64,000 nt of DNA, taken from positions 1,312,001 through 1,376,000 of the forward strand of contig CAWCMR010000025.1 of NCBI GenBank assembly GCA_963796685.1, written 5' to 3'. This DNA comes from an uncultured delta proteobacterium (lineage in GTDB: Bacteria; Myxococcota_A; Polyangia; Fen-1088). How positions within the stretch are numbered: the first letter of the stretch is position 1; each line of letters opens with the position of its first letter. Below the pieces are notes generated by a model that did no database searches, was not told the DNA's origin, and worked only from the letters and a program-made list of their open reading frames with translations. The position numbers were made by a program, and so were the translations under genes. This document shows, one piece after another, positions 35,378 to 47,905 of the stretch.

Positions 35378-38182
35378 CTAGAGATTGCTCAAGATGGAGC
35401 GTAACTCGCGGGCAAAGGGGCCCTCGGGTGCCAAGTCGAGATACTTCTGGTAAGCGGCGCGCGCTTCGTCGAGCCGCCCGGCTTCCTGCTCGACGGTGCC
35501 GAGGTAGACGTAGGCGTCGAGGCGCTGCGGGTCGGTGGCCAAAGCCTTCTTGGCCAACGACCGCGCCTCCGTGAGATGGCCACGATCGATCTCCGCGCGG
35601 GCGAGGATCACCATGAGCTGCACATCCTTGGGGTCGGCTTCCAAGGCCGGCCGACAGGCTATCGAGACCGCTCTGGCCTTGCCCTTGCCCTCGGCGTCGA
35701 CCTCCAAACACTTCCGCCGCAAGTCCGCCGCCGCGGGTGACGGGCTGGCAAGCCCAAGCCGAGTCGGGGCCCCGGCCGACTTGGACGCGGCGGGCGAGCT
35801 CGACGCCGCCGAGGGCACTGCGGGCAACTTGTCCGCCACCTTCGGACGCTCCTCTGGCGCGGGTGCCGCTTGGCGTACGCGTGCCTGCTCGGAGGAAGAT
35901 GGGACCACGGCCGATGGCATTTCGGGAGACGACGAGTCTTTTCTTCCCAGCGCCAGATACCCGATCACGCCAAGGGCAAAGGCGCCGCCGGCCATGAGCC
36001 AGATCTGCTGTGACGGAATCGTCTTGCGTGCGGTCCTGCCGCCGGCCTCGGCTTTCGCCTGAAGCCTTGGGCGCGACGGCGCGGGAACCGCCTCGGCCGT
36101 CGCGGACGTGGGAGCCTCGGGATGCTCTTGACCAGGCGAAGCCTGGCGGTCGGCGCCGTCCTCTGCAGGCGAGTTGGGTGGATGGGGCGCAAAAAGGGCC
36201 GGCAGCTCCTCTACGGGGGGCGCCTCCGTGTCTGGCGCCCGGACTTCCTCGGGGGGCGCCAGCTCGAGCGACGGTGGGCGTGGCTGGGCTGCTTCTGTCA
36301 CCGAGCTCGGCGCGCCAGCGATCTGGCGGAGGTTGTCGGTCGCTTCTTCGTTTCGTCTCGGCTCGGTGGCGAGACCGGTGGGCCATGCACCCCAGTCGAC
36401 ATCCTTCGTCGGTCGTCCCGGCTCGTTCGGCACAGGGCTTTCGCGTTTGATGTCGTGGGCCGAGGAGATCACCTCCTGCACCAAAGCCGCGGCGGCTTCG
36501 GCGGCCGGATCGCCATACTCGCGCGTGTTGCGATCGGTTGACTGCGGGCCCTCGACCTTGCCGCCACCGCCGCCGATGGCTTCGTGCATGGCCGAGGCGC
36601 GCACCGCGGAGTCTTCACTGAGTAGACGTTCCGCGAGACCGAGGGGTTTGGTCGATCGGGCCTCCATAGGGTTGCGGACGACGTTGGAGTCCGGCTTTGG
36701 GGGACTCTGGATGGCAAGAGGGGGGACGTCCTTCTTTGGTTCTTGCTTTGGTTCTTGGTCACCACCAAACAAGGTGTCGACGGGAACGCCCTTGAGGGTG
36801 TCGGATGGTGGAGCGAATTCGCTGGCGCCTCCACTGGTCGGGTCAGCTCGGGGCGGGAGCACCGCCCCAAGGGATTCTTCCGCGGAGAGTATCGGCGTGG
36901 GCACCGTCGGCGAGACGTTTGGCGGAGCAGCCAGGGAGAGGTCGAAGTCCGCGTCTGGAGCCGGGACGACGGCCGGCACGGCAGCCACGAATTCCAGTGT
37001 CACCCGCGCGGCGGCGCCAGCGGGCACAGGAGTCCTCTCGGGAACGACCTCACCGTCGGGTGCAAGGTTCTGAGCCGCGGCGAATTCGGAGGAGGCGCTG
37101 GCGTCTTCGGCGGCCGCGCCGTCTTCGGCCCCGCCCTCCGACAGCCAATGCGCCAGGCGTTCGCCAGGCTCGGACTCCCCGCCGCGGTCGGGAGCCTGGC
37201 GGGCAAAGATGATCTGGTTGGTAAACAGTTTGTCGATGAAGGTGAGCGCCTCGAGGTCGGGATGGTCGCTGTCCTCGACGACTTCTTGCAAGGTTCGTGT
37301 GCCGTCGCACAGACGCAGGACGGAGTTCACCTCGTCGGGCAATTCGGCCAGCTCTTCGGCGAGAGCGCGGCAGTCGACCTCTAGCACGCTGCTCGTGGAG
37401 GGAAGCGTGTCGAGCAGGCGCGTGCTTTCATCGAGCCGACGCATGCCTTCCATCAACAGCGGCGCCATGGGTGTGTCGATGACGTCGTGGCGGCGGATTT
37501 GTTTGAACTCGACGGCGAATTGGCCCTCGGACCACGAAAAGAGACGATAGATGGCGTTCGCACCGGAAAGGCGGCCGACCTCGGCATCGATGACCTTGCC
37601 TTCACGGAAGAAGATGGAGCCGCGACGGGTGTCGCGGTTGACGATGTGGATGATGCCGGACTTGCGATTGAGCTCGATGGTCTGTACGAGATCCACGACG
37701 CCGACGTCGGAAAGGTCGCCGGCGAAGCGGGTGCGACCTTCGCGGCGTGATTCCATGCGCTCGCGTTCGGCTCGCTGCAAGGCCGTGCGAACGCGGATGC
37801 CGATTTCCTTGATGTAGATGGGCTTGGTCAGGTAGTCGTCGACGCCAAGCTCCAGGCCGCGGATCTTGTCCTCAATGGATTTGCGACCCGAGACGAAGAG
37901 GAAGGGAATCTTTGCCCATTCTGAGCGGGCCTTGATTTGGCTGCACAGCTCGAAGCCGTCCATCTCGTCGAGATCCGTGTCGGAGATGATCAGATCCGGC
38001 AGGCCTGATTCGAGCAAACCAAGCGCTTCGCGGCCGCTTGTGGCGGTCGTGACATCGAATCCGGCTTTCTTGAGGCTGACGTCCAGAACGCGAAGACTCT
38101 TGGGATCTCCGTCGACGAGAAGAAGCCGATTCTTTGACTGGGCTGTGTCCATCCCGAGGCGAGGAGAGATTGTATCCTTCAT
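35378..38182 (-). CDS. Response regulator: receiver + DUF4388(PatA-N)-like + Pro-rich linker + TM + TPR
   Basis: LLLVD...PDLIISD...DDYLTKP; FAGDLSDVGVVDLVQTIE...WSEGQF; TM IWLMAGGAFALGVIGYLAL; C-terminal TPRs. Start uncertain. Confidence 0.8.
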   Translation of the reverse strand: MKDTISPRLGMDTAQSKNRLLLVDGDPKSLRVLDVSLKKAGFDVTTATSGREALGLLESGLPDLIISDTDLDEMDGFELCSQIKARSEWAKIPFLFVSGRKSIEDKIRGLELGVDDYLTKPIYIKEIGIRVRTALQRAERERMESRREGRTRFAGDLSDVGVVDLVQTIELNRKSGIIHIVNRDTRRGSIFFREGKVIDAEVGRLSGANAIYRLFSWSEGQFAVEFKQIRRHDVIDTPMAPLLMEGMRRLDESTRLLDTLPSTSSVLEVDCRALAEELAELPDEVNSVLRLCDGTRTLQEVVEDSDHPDLEALTFIDKLFTNQIIFARQAPDRGGESEPGERLAHWLSEGGAEDGAAAEDASASSEFAAAQNLAPDGEVVPERTPVPAGAAARVTLEFVAAVPAVVPAPDADFDLSLAAPPNVSPTVPTPILSAEESLGAVLPPRADPTSGGASEFAPPSDTLKGVPVDTLFGGDQEPKQEPKKDVPPLAIQSPPKPDSNVVRNPMEARSTKPLGLAERLLSEDSAVRASAMHEAIGGGGGKVEGPQSTDRNTREYGDPAAEAAAALVQEVISSAHDIKRESPVPNEPGRPTKDVDWGAWPTGLATEPRRNEEATDNLRQIAGAPSSVTEAAQPRPPSLELAPPEEVRAPDTEAPPVEELPALFAPHPPNSPAEDGADRQASPGQEHPEAPTSATAEAVPAPSRPRLQAKAEAGGRTARKTIPSQQIWLMAGGAFALGVIGYLALGRKDSSSPEMPSAVVPSSSEQARVRQAAPAPEERPKVADKLPAVPSAASSSPAASKSAGAPTRLGLASPSPAAADLRRKCLEVDAEGKGKARAVSIACRPALEADPKDVQLMVILARAEIDRGHLTEARSLAKKALATDPQRLDAYVYLGTVEQEAGRLDEARAAYQKYLDLAPEGPFARELRSILSNL

Positions 38183-38381
38183 TGGCCTGCACAGCCACGC
38201 GTCGGTGGCTTTGCTTTCAAGTTGGGGCACGGATAACGCTGGGCGAGATGCGTGGAAATGCGGCGCGGCTATTCGTAAGGCGCCTTGGGTCGCTCCGATT
38301 TCGGTCGGATTTTGGCTGAGCAGCTTTGTTGCACGACCTTCTGCGGCTATCGCGGGACTGCAGAGGTATAGTGCTTGTCGA

Positions 38382-38993
38382 ATGTCGCTGGAAGCTGCAG
38401 GTATCTTGTCATTGGCCCGGGACTGGTCTCAGTCTCTGGATGCGGGGGTCGCCGAGCGGGTTGTTGTTTACGTAGGCCGACTTCTCGAGTGGAACCAACG
38501 TGTCAACTTGACCGGGGCTCAAACCTTCGCCGATCTGCTACGGGAACACTTGCCCGATAGTTTTGCGATTTCCCGATTGGTTCCTGAGGGATCCACGGTC
38601 ATCGATGTTGGCGCCGGGGGAGGGTTGCCCGGGATCCCCTTTGCGCTGCTGCGACCCGATTGCCGTATCACTTTACTTGAGCCCAGGGCCAAACGCGTTG
38701 CGTTCTTGAATACCGCTGTCAGGGACTGTGCTTGCAGGAATGTGCTCGTCGTTCGTGCCCGACTCGAGGAGGTAGAGTCTCCGCTCTTCGATGTTGCCGT
38801 TTCGCGAGCCACCTTTTCTCCTGAGGAGTGGCTGAGGCTTGCCCAAGGTTTGTTGCGTCCATTAGGGCGCGCGCTTGTTCTTGCAACCAACCCTGTGCAA
38901 CCAGGGGCTGAGAGTGCACGACTCATGGATTCGCTTGCGTATTCGACCGACGGGGGGGCAACGCGCTGGGCCGGATGTTACTGTTTCACGTGA
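38382..38993 (+). CDS. rsmG: 16S rRNA (guanine527-N7)-methyltransferase
   Basis: WNQRVNLTG, HLPDS, DVGAGGGLPGIP, LLEPRAKRVAFL, SRA. Confidence 0.9.
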   Translation: MSLEAAGILSLARDWSQSLDAGVAERVVVYVGRLLEWNQRVNLTGAQTFADLLREHLPDSFAISRLVPEGSTVIDVGAGGGLPGIPFALLRPDCRITLLEPRAKRVAFLNTAVRDCACRNVLVVRARLEEVESPLFDVAVSRATFSPEEWLRLAQGLLRPLGRALVLATNPVQPGAESARLMDSLAYSTDGGATRWAGCYCFT

Positions 38994-38997
38994 AACA
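38982..38997. promoter_or_regulatory. parS: parS centromere site
   Basis: Perfect palindrome TGTTTCACGTGAAACA matching the universal parS consensus, about 9 kb from oriC. Confidence 0.93.
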
Positions 38998-39073
38998 TCG
39001 CTGCGGCCATCGCGGGACTCGGGATCTTCAAGCAGATTGACAGGTGGCCACCCTCCACCCAAATTGCTACCCG

Positions 39074-40998
39074 GTGCTACCGTCACTCGCTCAGCAGCTT
39101 GCCTCCGACCTCGAGGCGCTCCAATCAAAGGGACGTCTCAGAACCTGTCCGCGCTTGGCCGGAAACTCGAGGGTTCATGTCGACCTGGACGGTCACTCCC
39201 TCGTCTCCTTCTGTTCCAACGACTACCTCGGACTTGCCTGCGATCCTCGCTTGCGTATGGCAGCGGCAGATGCGGCTGCCATCCGAGGGTTCGGGGCCAG
39301 CGCCTCCCGCCTTGTCTCCGGCAACTTCCCTGAACATCTCGCCTTGGAGAACGAGCTCTCCTCCTTTCTATCCGTCCCGGCCACGCTCCTATTTCCCACC
39401 GGATATCAGGCCAACCTCGCGGTTCTCACCGCCCTGGCTGGACCCGACAATCTCCATCGTGGCCGACCGCGCTGTTCACGCCAGCCTCCTGGATGGCTGT
39501 CGGCTCTCTCGAGCCAAACTTGCGGTCTATCCCCACCTCGATGTCGAAGTCGCTGACCACCATCTTGCTCGCCTGGGTCCGGATAGGCGCCGACGCTTCT
39601 TGGTCACCGAGTCCCTCTTCAGCATGGACGGAGACGTCGCTCCTCTCGAGGCCCTTGCCGCCATCGCCAAAGCCCACGACGCCGCCCTAATCGTCGACGA
39701 GGCCCACGCCTTCGGCTGCCTTGGACCCTCCGGGCGAGGACTCTGCTCTCACCTCGGAGTTCGCCCAGACGTTCTCACCGCCACCCTCGGCAAGGCCATG
39801 GGAACCGGCGGAGCTTTCGTAGCGGGCACCGAAGGGCTTCGGGCCTACCTCTTGAACCATGCGCGTGGCTTCCTATTCACCACTGCCCCACCCATTCCGG
39901 TCGCCGCAGCTGCACGCACCGCCCTCCAAATAGCTGCCTCCCCAGAAGGCGACTCCCTTCGCGACCACCTTCGTGCTCTCGGGTCTCACCTTCGCGTGCT
40001 TCTTGGCCTTTCCCCCGATCCCTTCACGACGCCCATCATTCCCATCACCCTCGGAGCCGACCAGGACGCGGTCGCCGCATCCACCCACCTCAAAGGTCTC
40101 GGCTTTTTCGTTCAGGCGATCCGCCCTCCAACCGTTCCAGAAGGAAGCTCCAGGCTGCGCATTACCCTCTCCGCTCACCACACCGAGCAGCACATCGCAG
40201 GGCTCACACAAGCCATCCTCACCCTCCCCCAAGCATCTACACCCATCCCAACCCATCCCCCATCCGTCTCCTTCACCCACCCCGCTCCGTCGCCCCATGC
40301 CTTCCGCCCAACCGGCATCTTCATCCTCGGAACCGACACTTCGGTAGGAAAGACATCGGTAGCCGTCGCTCTCTTGCACATCCTTGCTACTCAGGGCGCC
40401 AACCCGGTTCCCTTCAAGCCAGTCGAGACAGGAGCCCGTCCTGTCCCTTCCGACGCCACCAGGTTGCTCCACGCATCGATGCGACAGGACATACCCCTCG
40501 ATGTCGTCTGTCCACTAGCCTTCCCGGATCCGGTCGCTCCAGCAGCCGCCTCCGACAGCCCGCCCATAACGCTTCCAGCGCTCTTGGCCTTTGCTCGCCA
40601 CGCAGCCTCTCTTGGCGGCCCACTCATCGTAGAGTCCGCTGGCGGACTGCTCTCTCCCTACGCCAAGGGACTGACCTCAGCCGATTCTCGCGGCCGCCCT
40701 AGGATTTCCAGTCCTCCTCGTGGCGCGCAACGCGCTCGGCACCATCAACCACACTTCCCTCGCAGTCGCCGAGCTCCGCCGACGCCGCATCCCCTGCCTT
40801 GGCACCGTCCTCGTCACCACCACCCAACATCCGACTGCAGATCAGCACTCCAACGCCGCTCTCATTTCTGCCGCCACCGGCCAGGCAACCCTCGGCACTC
40901 TCCCCTTCCTTGGCACCCTCTCACCTCTCAATCTGGCCGCTGCCCTCGCCGCGAACGTCAATCTCGACGCAATCTTGAAGCACCTCGGCATTACCTAG
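39074..40998 (+). CDS. bioF: Fused 8-amino-7-oxononanoate synthase / dethiobiotin synthase (BioF-BioD), with two apparent +1 frameshifts (~39456, ~40686)
   Basis: SNDYLGL, TGYQAN, ESLFSMDGD, DEAH, TLGKA, RPPTVP, then in frame GTDTSVGKT, FKPVETG, VESAGG; tail LGTINHT in the next frame. Confidence 0.82.
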
Positions 40999-41479
40999 CT
41001 TCGAGCTCGCTCCCCTTGGGGAATATCACCACGCGACGAGCGGCCCCCTCTCCCTCGGACTCCGTCCTCACCCCTGGGTGCTCGGCAAGTGTCTTGTGCA
41101 CGACCTTTCGGTCCTGCGGGCTCATCGGCTCGACCGGAACCGGGCGACCTGACCGCACCACCTTCTCAGCCAGCCGCCTGGCCAAGTCAGCCAGCGAATC
41201 TTCTCTACGCCCGCGATATCCCTCAGCATCCACAACGATGGGAGAGGATTCCCCGGGCTTCCGAAACACGATTCGGCTCACCAAATACTGCAACGAGTCC
41301 AGCGTGGCGCCCTTCTTCCCAATCACCAAGCCGGATTCGCACCCGTGTGCGTCAAGGATGATCTTCTCGCCATCGTCGAAAGCGCTCACCTCCGCGTCGA
41401 CGCTCATCTTGTCGAGAATCTCTCGCAAGACCTTCGCCGCCTCTTCTCGCTTTTCGGACAGTGTACTTTGCTCGCTCAT
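40991..41479 (-). CDS. jag: Jag/KhpB (KH + R3H) RNA-binding protein lacking Jag-N domain
   Basis: IGKKGATLDSLQYL, DAEGYR, PMSPQDRKVVH, SEGEG..RRVVI. Confidence 0.9.
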   Translation of the reverse strand: MSEQSTLSEKREEAAKVLREILDKMSVDAEVSAFDDGEKIILDAHGCESGLVIGKKGATLDSLQYLVSRIVFRKPGESSPIVVDAEGYRGRREDSLADLARRLAEKVVRSGRPVPVEPMSPQDRKVVHKTLAEHPGVRTESEGEGAARRVVIFPKGSELEAR

Positions 41480-41940
41480 CTTCTCTCCCTGCCCAACTAT
41501 ATAGTGAAGCTAGCGATCGGCACTGGAAGGGCCGGAGGAACCCCGCTCCGTTCCCTCGCGTACCCCGAACTACCAGCCTCGAACGGCCAGCCTCTTCCAT
41601 CAACCGCTATGCGACCTCTCTCTCCACCCAAATCTCCCTTCCCTACCCCGATGGCCGACGTTCTACCATCAAACTCCACTTTGCCCCGCCCATCGGACTC
41701 TGCCCCTGACTTACCCTTGGCAGATCCCTCCTTTCCGACCCCTTGCGAAGCCGCACCACGTCTTCTCTTTTCGCTCTTCGCCGCTTTAGCCCGCATAGCC
41801 ACGTAGGAGAAAACCCTACCTTTCCGTGCCCAACTTTGTCAATATCAACACAGTCCACCCTGTGAATTCCCAAGTACAATCAACTGCAATACGACCACAA
41901 AAAAGGGCACCACCTTACCCTCTCTCTTCGCGAATACCCA

Positions 41941-41969
41941 TTGACTTAAGCCAAACCGCAGGGTAGAGT
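41941..41969 (+). promoter_or_regulatory. Sigma70-type promoter of carD
   Basis: TTGACT-17 bp-TAGAGT upstream of RBS AGGAG and ATG 42025. Confidence 0.7.
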
Positions 41970-42024
41970 ACGCGCGCCTCGGTTACTGAGGTTTTTTCAA
42001 CAGGACTGATAGGAGAGCACCTAG

Positions 42025-42516
42025 ATGGAGCCCACTTTCCGCGTTGGTGATTTGGCGGTTTACCCGGCGCACGGCGTGGCCCAGATCACCGGCATCGAGA
42101 CCCGAGAAATCTCGTCAAGCAAACAGACATTCTACATCCTCAAGATCTTGGATAACGGGATGAAGATCATGATCCCCACCAAGAATGCCGGGGCGGTAGG
42201 CCTGCGCGAGCTCATCCGCGCGGACGAGGTCGACGAGGTCTTCGAGATTCTCAAGAGTCGCGAGATCTCCGTGGAAGGCCAGACGTGGAATCGGCGCTAC
42301 CGCGAGTACATGGAGAAGATCAAGACCGGCTCTGTCTTCGAGATCGCCGAGGTCCTTCGCGATCTTCAGCGACTCAAGGGCGACAAGGAGCTTTCCTTCG
42401 GCGAGCGCAAGATGCTCGACACTGCCCGCACCTTACTGGTCAAGGAGATTGCGGTCGCCACGAAATCCAACGAAGGCAAGATCGAAGAGAGGCTCAACCG
42501 CATCTTCGCCTGCTGA
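42025..42516 (+). CDS. carD: CarD/CdnL family RNA polymerase-binding regulator
   Basis: FRVGDLAVYPAHGV, VGLR, WNRRYR, LSFGERKMLD; no HMGA tail, so CdnL-type. Confidence 0.93.
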   Translation: MEPTFRVGDLAVYPAHGVAQITGIETREISSSKQTFYILKILDNGMKIMIPTKNAGAVGLRELIRADEVDEVFEILKSREISVEGQTWNRRYREYMEKIKTGSVFEIAEVLRDLQRLKGDKELSFGERKMLDTARTLLVKEIAVATKSNEGKIEERLNRIFAC

Positions 42517-42530
42517 CCTTCGCGTGACTC

Positions 42531-42563
42531 AAGGCCCCTCGGCGAAAGCCTTGGGGCCTTTTC
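42531..42563 (+). terminator. Intrinsic terminator after carD
   Basis: AAGGCCCC-TC-GGC-GAAA-GCC-TT-GGGGCCTT followed by T residues. Confidence 0.75.
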
Positions 42564-42623
42564 CATTTCCGCACGGCTCTCCCACCCCGGCTCTCGCACC
42601 GGCGATCCGGCAAACTCGCGCAG

Positions 42624-45089
<2,466 letters not shown>

Positions 45090-45150
45090 CTAGGACTTTC
45101 AGTTAGATAGCATCAATAACCCGGGGAGTAAAGCAAAACTGCCCGACCCC

Positions 45151-46248
45151 CTAGGCGGGTTCGATATGCCCACCCGAAACCCGCCAGTCCGATCGCTCGG
45201 GCAGCTCAGGCAAGTGCTCCCGCTCCGTCACCGTGATGAGAGTCTGACATGCCATGGCCGAAATGGTCTCGAAAAGACGCGTCCGTCGTTCCTCGTCGAG
45301 CTCGCTGGCCACGTCGTCGAGCAAGAGCACCGGCGTTTCGCCATTTTGCGCCTCTGCGTACCGCAACTCCCCAATCTTGAACGCCAGCACCAGCGACCGA
45401 ATCTGGCCCTGCGAGCCGTGCTCGCGTGCCGGACGCTCCCCGAGCAGCATCTCCATGTCGTCGGTTTGGGGACCGAATCCCGTGAAACCTCGCCTGAGGT
45501 CGTTTCCACGCTCCCCCTCGAGTCCCGAGCGCAGGGCTTGCTCGATTTCAGCTTCGCTTTGCGCTGCCTCGACCTGGTCGTGGCTGCGATAGCGAATCTT
45601 GGCCGGCAGCTCCCCGTGGATCTGCGCAAAGACGCTGGTCACGACGGGCGCGAGCTCCCCCACCAGACTTCGCCGCCGCACCACGATGCGCGCTCCCGTG
45701 CGAGCCAGGGTCTCGTCATAGCTCTCGAGCAGTTCCCGCGAAAACCCTCCTCGGCGAAGCAATCCGTTTCTGGCCTTCAGGGCGCGCTCGAAGTCGAGAG
45801 CCTCGCGAAAATAGGTACGCTGGACCGCGAACACGGCCCGGTCGACGGCACGGCGTCGCTCGGCCGCTGGCGCCTTGGGCAGGCGCAAGTCCTCGGGACC
45901 GAAAATCACGACCCCGGCACCCTGCAGCGATTCCGAATCGCGACGCACCGTCTTTCCATCCAACGTCGTTCGCTTCTTCCCGACCGCGAGCTCCACGCGC
46001 AACGTGCGCTCCAATCCATGCAAGGTGATTCCGGCTTCGATCTCCGATCGCTCCCCGCCCCAAGCAATCACATCGCCCATGCTGCTGGTACGGAAGGAGC
46101 GAAACGTAATCGCATAGTATGCAGCCTCGAGAAAGTTGCTCTTCCCCTGACCGTTCTTCCCGAAGAGAACGGTTACCCGCCGGGCGAGGGCAATCCCCTC
46201 CGCCGCAAGGTTTCTCCAGCCCCTGACCCGTATGTCCCTAAGGAGCAA
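45151..46248 (-). CDS. recF: DNA replication/repair protein RecF
   Basis: GKNGQGKSN, GSQGQ, LLLDDVASELD. Confidence 0.95.
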   Translation of the reverse strand: MLLRDIRVRGWRNLAAEGIALARRVTVLFGKNGQGKSNFLEAAYYAITFRSFRTSSMGDVIAWGGERSEIEAGITLHGLERTLRVELAVGKKRTTLDGKTVRRDSESLQGAGVVIFGPEDLRLPKAPAAERRRAVDRAVFAVQRTYFREALDFERALKARNGLLRRGGFSRELLESYDETLARTGARIVVRRRSLVGELAPVVTSVFAQIHGELPAKIRYRSHDQVEAAQSEAEIEQALRSGLEGERGNDLRRGFTGFGPQTDDMEMLLGERPAREHGSQGQIRSLVLAFKIGELRYAEAQNGETPVLLLDDVASELDEERRTRLFETISAMACQTLITVTEREHLPELPERSDWRVSGGHIEPA

Positions 46249-46426
46249 GGTCCGTGGCCGCGGGCCTAGTTCCGCCCGTAAGAAGAGCGGCCATGTTTAG
46301 GCCGCCGAGGCGCCAGGTCGGCGAGGCGCGACGAGGGCGCATACTGGACGTATGTAACCGAGGAGCAACGAAGCCGGGCGGGATGCATCGACGACCCAAA
46401 CATGGCTGAAATTCTGACGGGCGGAA

Positions 46427-47530
46427 CTAGAGCCGCATGGGCATGATGACGCCCTGGTAGTCCGTGCCATCGCAGGGCTTGACCAGCGCGGGGTCCAGGT
46501 CGCCGCCGAGCTCGATGCTGACCTCTTTGCCGCCCATCTCACCAAGCAGGTCGATGAAATACCTCGCATTGAAGCCAATCTGCAAAGCCGCGCCTTTGTA
46601 GTCCACGTCCACTTTTTCCTTGGCGTTCCCAAGATCAGGGTTGTCGGCCTCGATGGACAGACTTCCCTTTTCGAGCGAAAAGCGGATCCCCCACGTCTTG
46701 TCCGACGCGATGATCGACACGCGACGAAGCGCCTCCAAGAAGGGCTCGCGTTCGAGCACGACCTTCTTGTCGTTGTCCTTGGGGATCACCTGGTCGTAGG
46801 GAGGAAATTGCCCTTCCCCGAGCTTTACGGAAAGCACCATGTCGTCGGACTTGAGCACGAAGAAGCCTTGATCGACCCCTATTTCGCATTGCCCCTGGTT
46901 CCCTTCCAGGGCGCGCCGAATCTCGGAAAGGCCCTTTCTCGGCACAAGCCCACCCGCCGCAAGCTTGGGACCTCCCGGCATGGGCCGGGAGATCTTGGAC
47001 AAGCGATGGCCGTCGGTGGAAACCATGGTCGCTTTCTCGCCGTCGCTTTCGAAGAGCACGCTGGCCAAGTGGGGCCGGGTCTCGTCCTGAGAGACCGAAA
47101 GAATGGTCTTGCCGATCATCTCTCCCAGCAAGGTCGCTTCCACCTTGCTGCACGAAATCTCTTCCACGCTCGGCAGCTTGGGGAAGTCCCGGTCGCTCAT
47201 CCCGACCACCTTGAACTCCGTCCTTCCGCTCTCGATGTACAGCCAGTTCTGCTCCGTTCGCTGGAGTCGAACCTCGTCACCTCCGAGTCCCTTGACGATC
47301 TCGTAGAGCTGCCGCGCGCCCACCGTGATTCCACCCTCCTCCGCGATCTTCGCCACGCAGCTCACCAGCATCGCCACCTTCAGATCGGTGGCTGCGAAGA
47401 CAACCTTGTCCTTGCCACTGGCCCGAACCAGCACGTTGGCGAGGATCGGAATCGTATTTTTCCTATCCGCGATACCGTGGGTCAGGTAGAGGCCACGCAG
47501 CAGTTCGTTCTTACCAATCCGAAAGTCCAT
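46427..47530 (-). CDS. dnaN: DNA polymerase III beta clamp
   Basis: PILANVL, ATDL, STDGHRL, FPPY, GFNARY, MPMRL C-terminus. Confidence 0.97.
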   Translation of the reverse strand: MDFRIGKNELLRGLYLTHGIADRKNTIPILANVLVRASGKDKVVFAATDLKVAMLVSCVAKIAEEGGITVGARQLYEIVKGLGGDEVRLQRTEQNWLYIESGRTEFKVVGMSDRDFPKLPSVEEISCSKVEATLLGEMIGKTILSVSQDETRPHLASVLFESDGEKATMVSTDGHRLSKISRPMPGGPKLAAGGLVPRKGLSEIRRALEGNQGQCEIGVDQGFFVLKSDDMVLSVKLGEGQFPPYDQVIPKDNDKKVVLEREPFLEALRRVSIIASDKTWGIRFSLEKGSLSIEADNPDLGNAKEKVDVDYKGAALQIGFNARYFIDLLGEMGGKEVSIELGGDLDPALVKPCDGTDYQGVIMPMRL

Positions 47531-47569
47531 CCGTTACCCTCTGGCTGGGGTTTTCATCCATCAACACGG

Positions 47570-47775
47570 TCTTAGAATCTATAGGTTTTTGATCTACTTT
47601 GGGAGAAGTATTAGGGCCTGTGGTTTTGTGGATAACCTGGTTTCGCCGTCGGTGAGTCGATGCTTAGGTGTGGGGACAAAAAGCCTGGGACAAGGGGGTG
47701 AATTCCGGATAAGTCTGAAGACGCACCCATCAAGGGTGTGACCACATGGTTTCGGGGCGATGTATCCACAGGCTC
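47570..47775. other. oriC unwinding region (dnaA-dnaN intergenic)
   Basis: Perfect DnaA box TGTGGATAA 47627-47635, adjacent degenerate box, GGCCC and trio-like repeats; GTATCCACA 47762-47770; AT-rich stretch 47571-47600. Confidence 0.8.
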
Positions 47776-47905
47776 TTCGAGGTGAGGATCCCCGCTCTTC
47801 GGGCGAAGCGGCGCCCGGAACCCGGAGTGGAATCCAAGCCATGGCGAGCACGCAAACCCGTCCAGCGCGCCGCAGGAGTGGACCCAGCTCCCCGACAAGC
47901 GGGAG

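Noticed and set aside
39099-41504. 801-aa ORF
   Set aside because: Only the central part is BioF-BioD; both ends are off-frame and the tail is antisense to jag.
41497-41802. 101-aa Gly/Lys-rich ORF upstream of jag as the missing Jag-N domain
   Set aside because: No recognisable Jag-N motif; the composition is explained by the extreme local purine skew.
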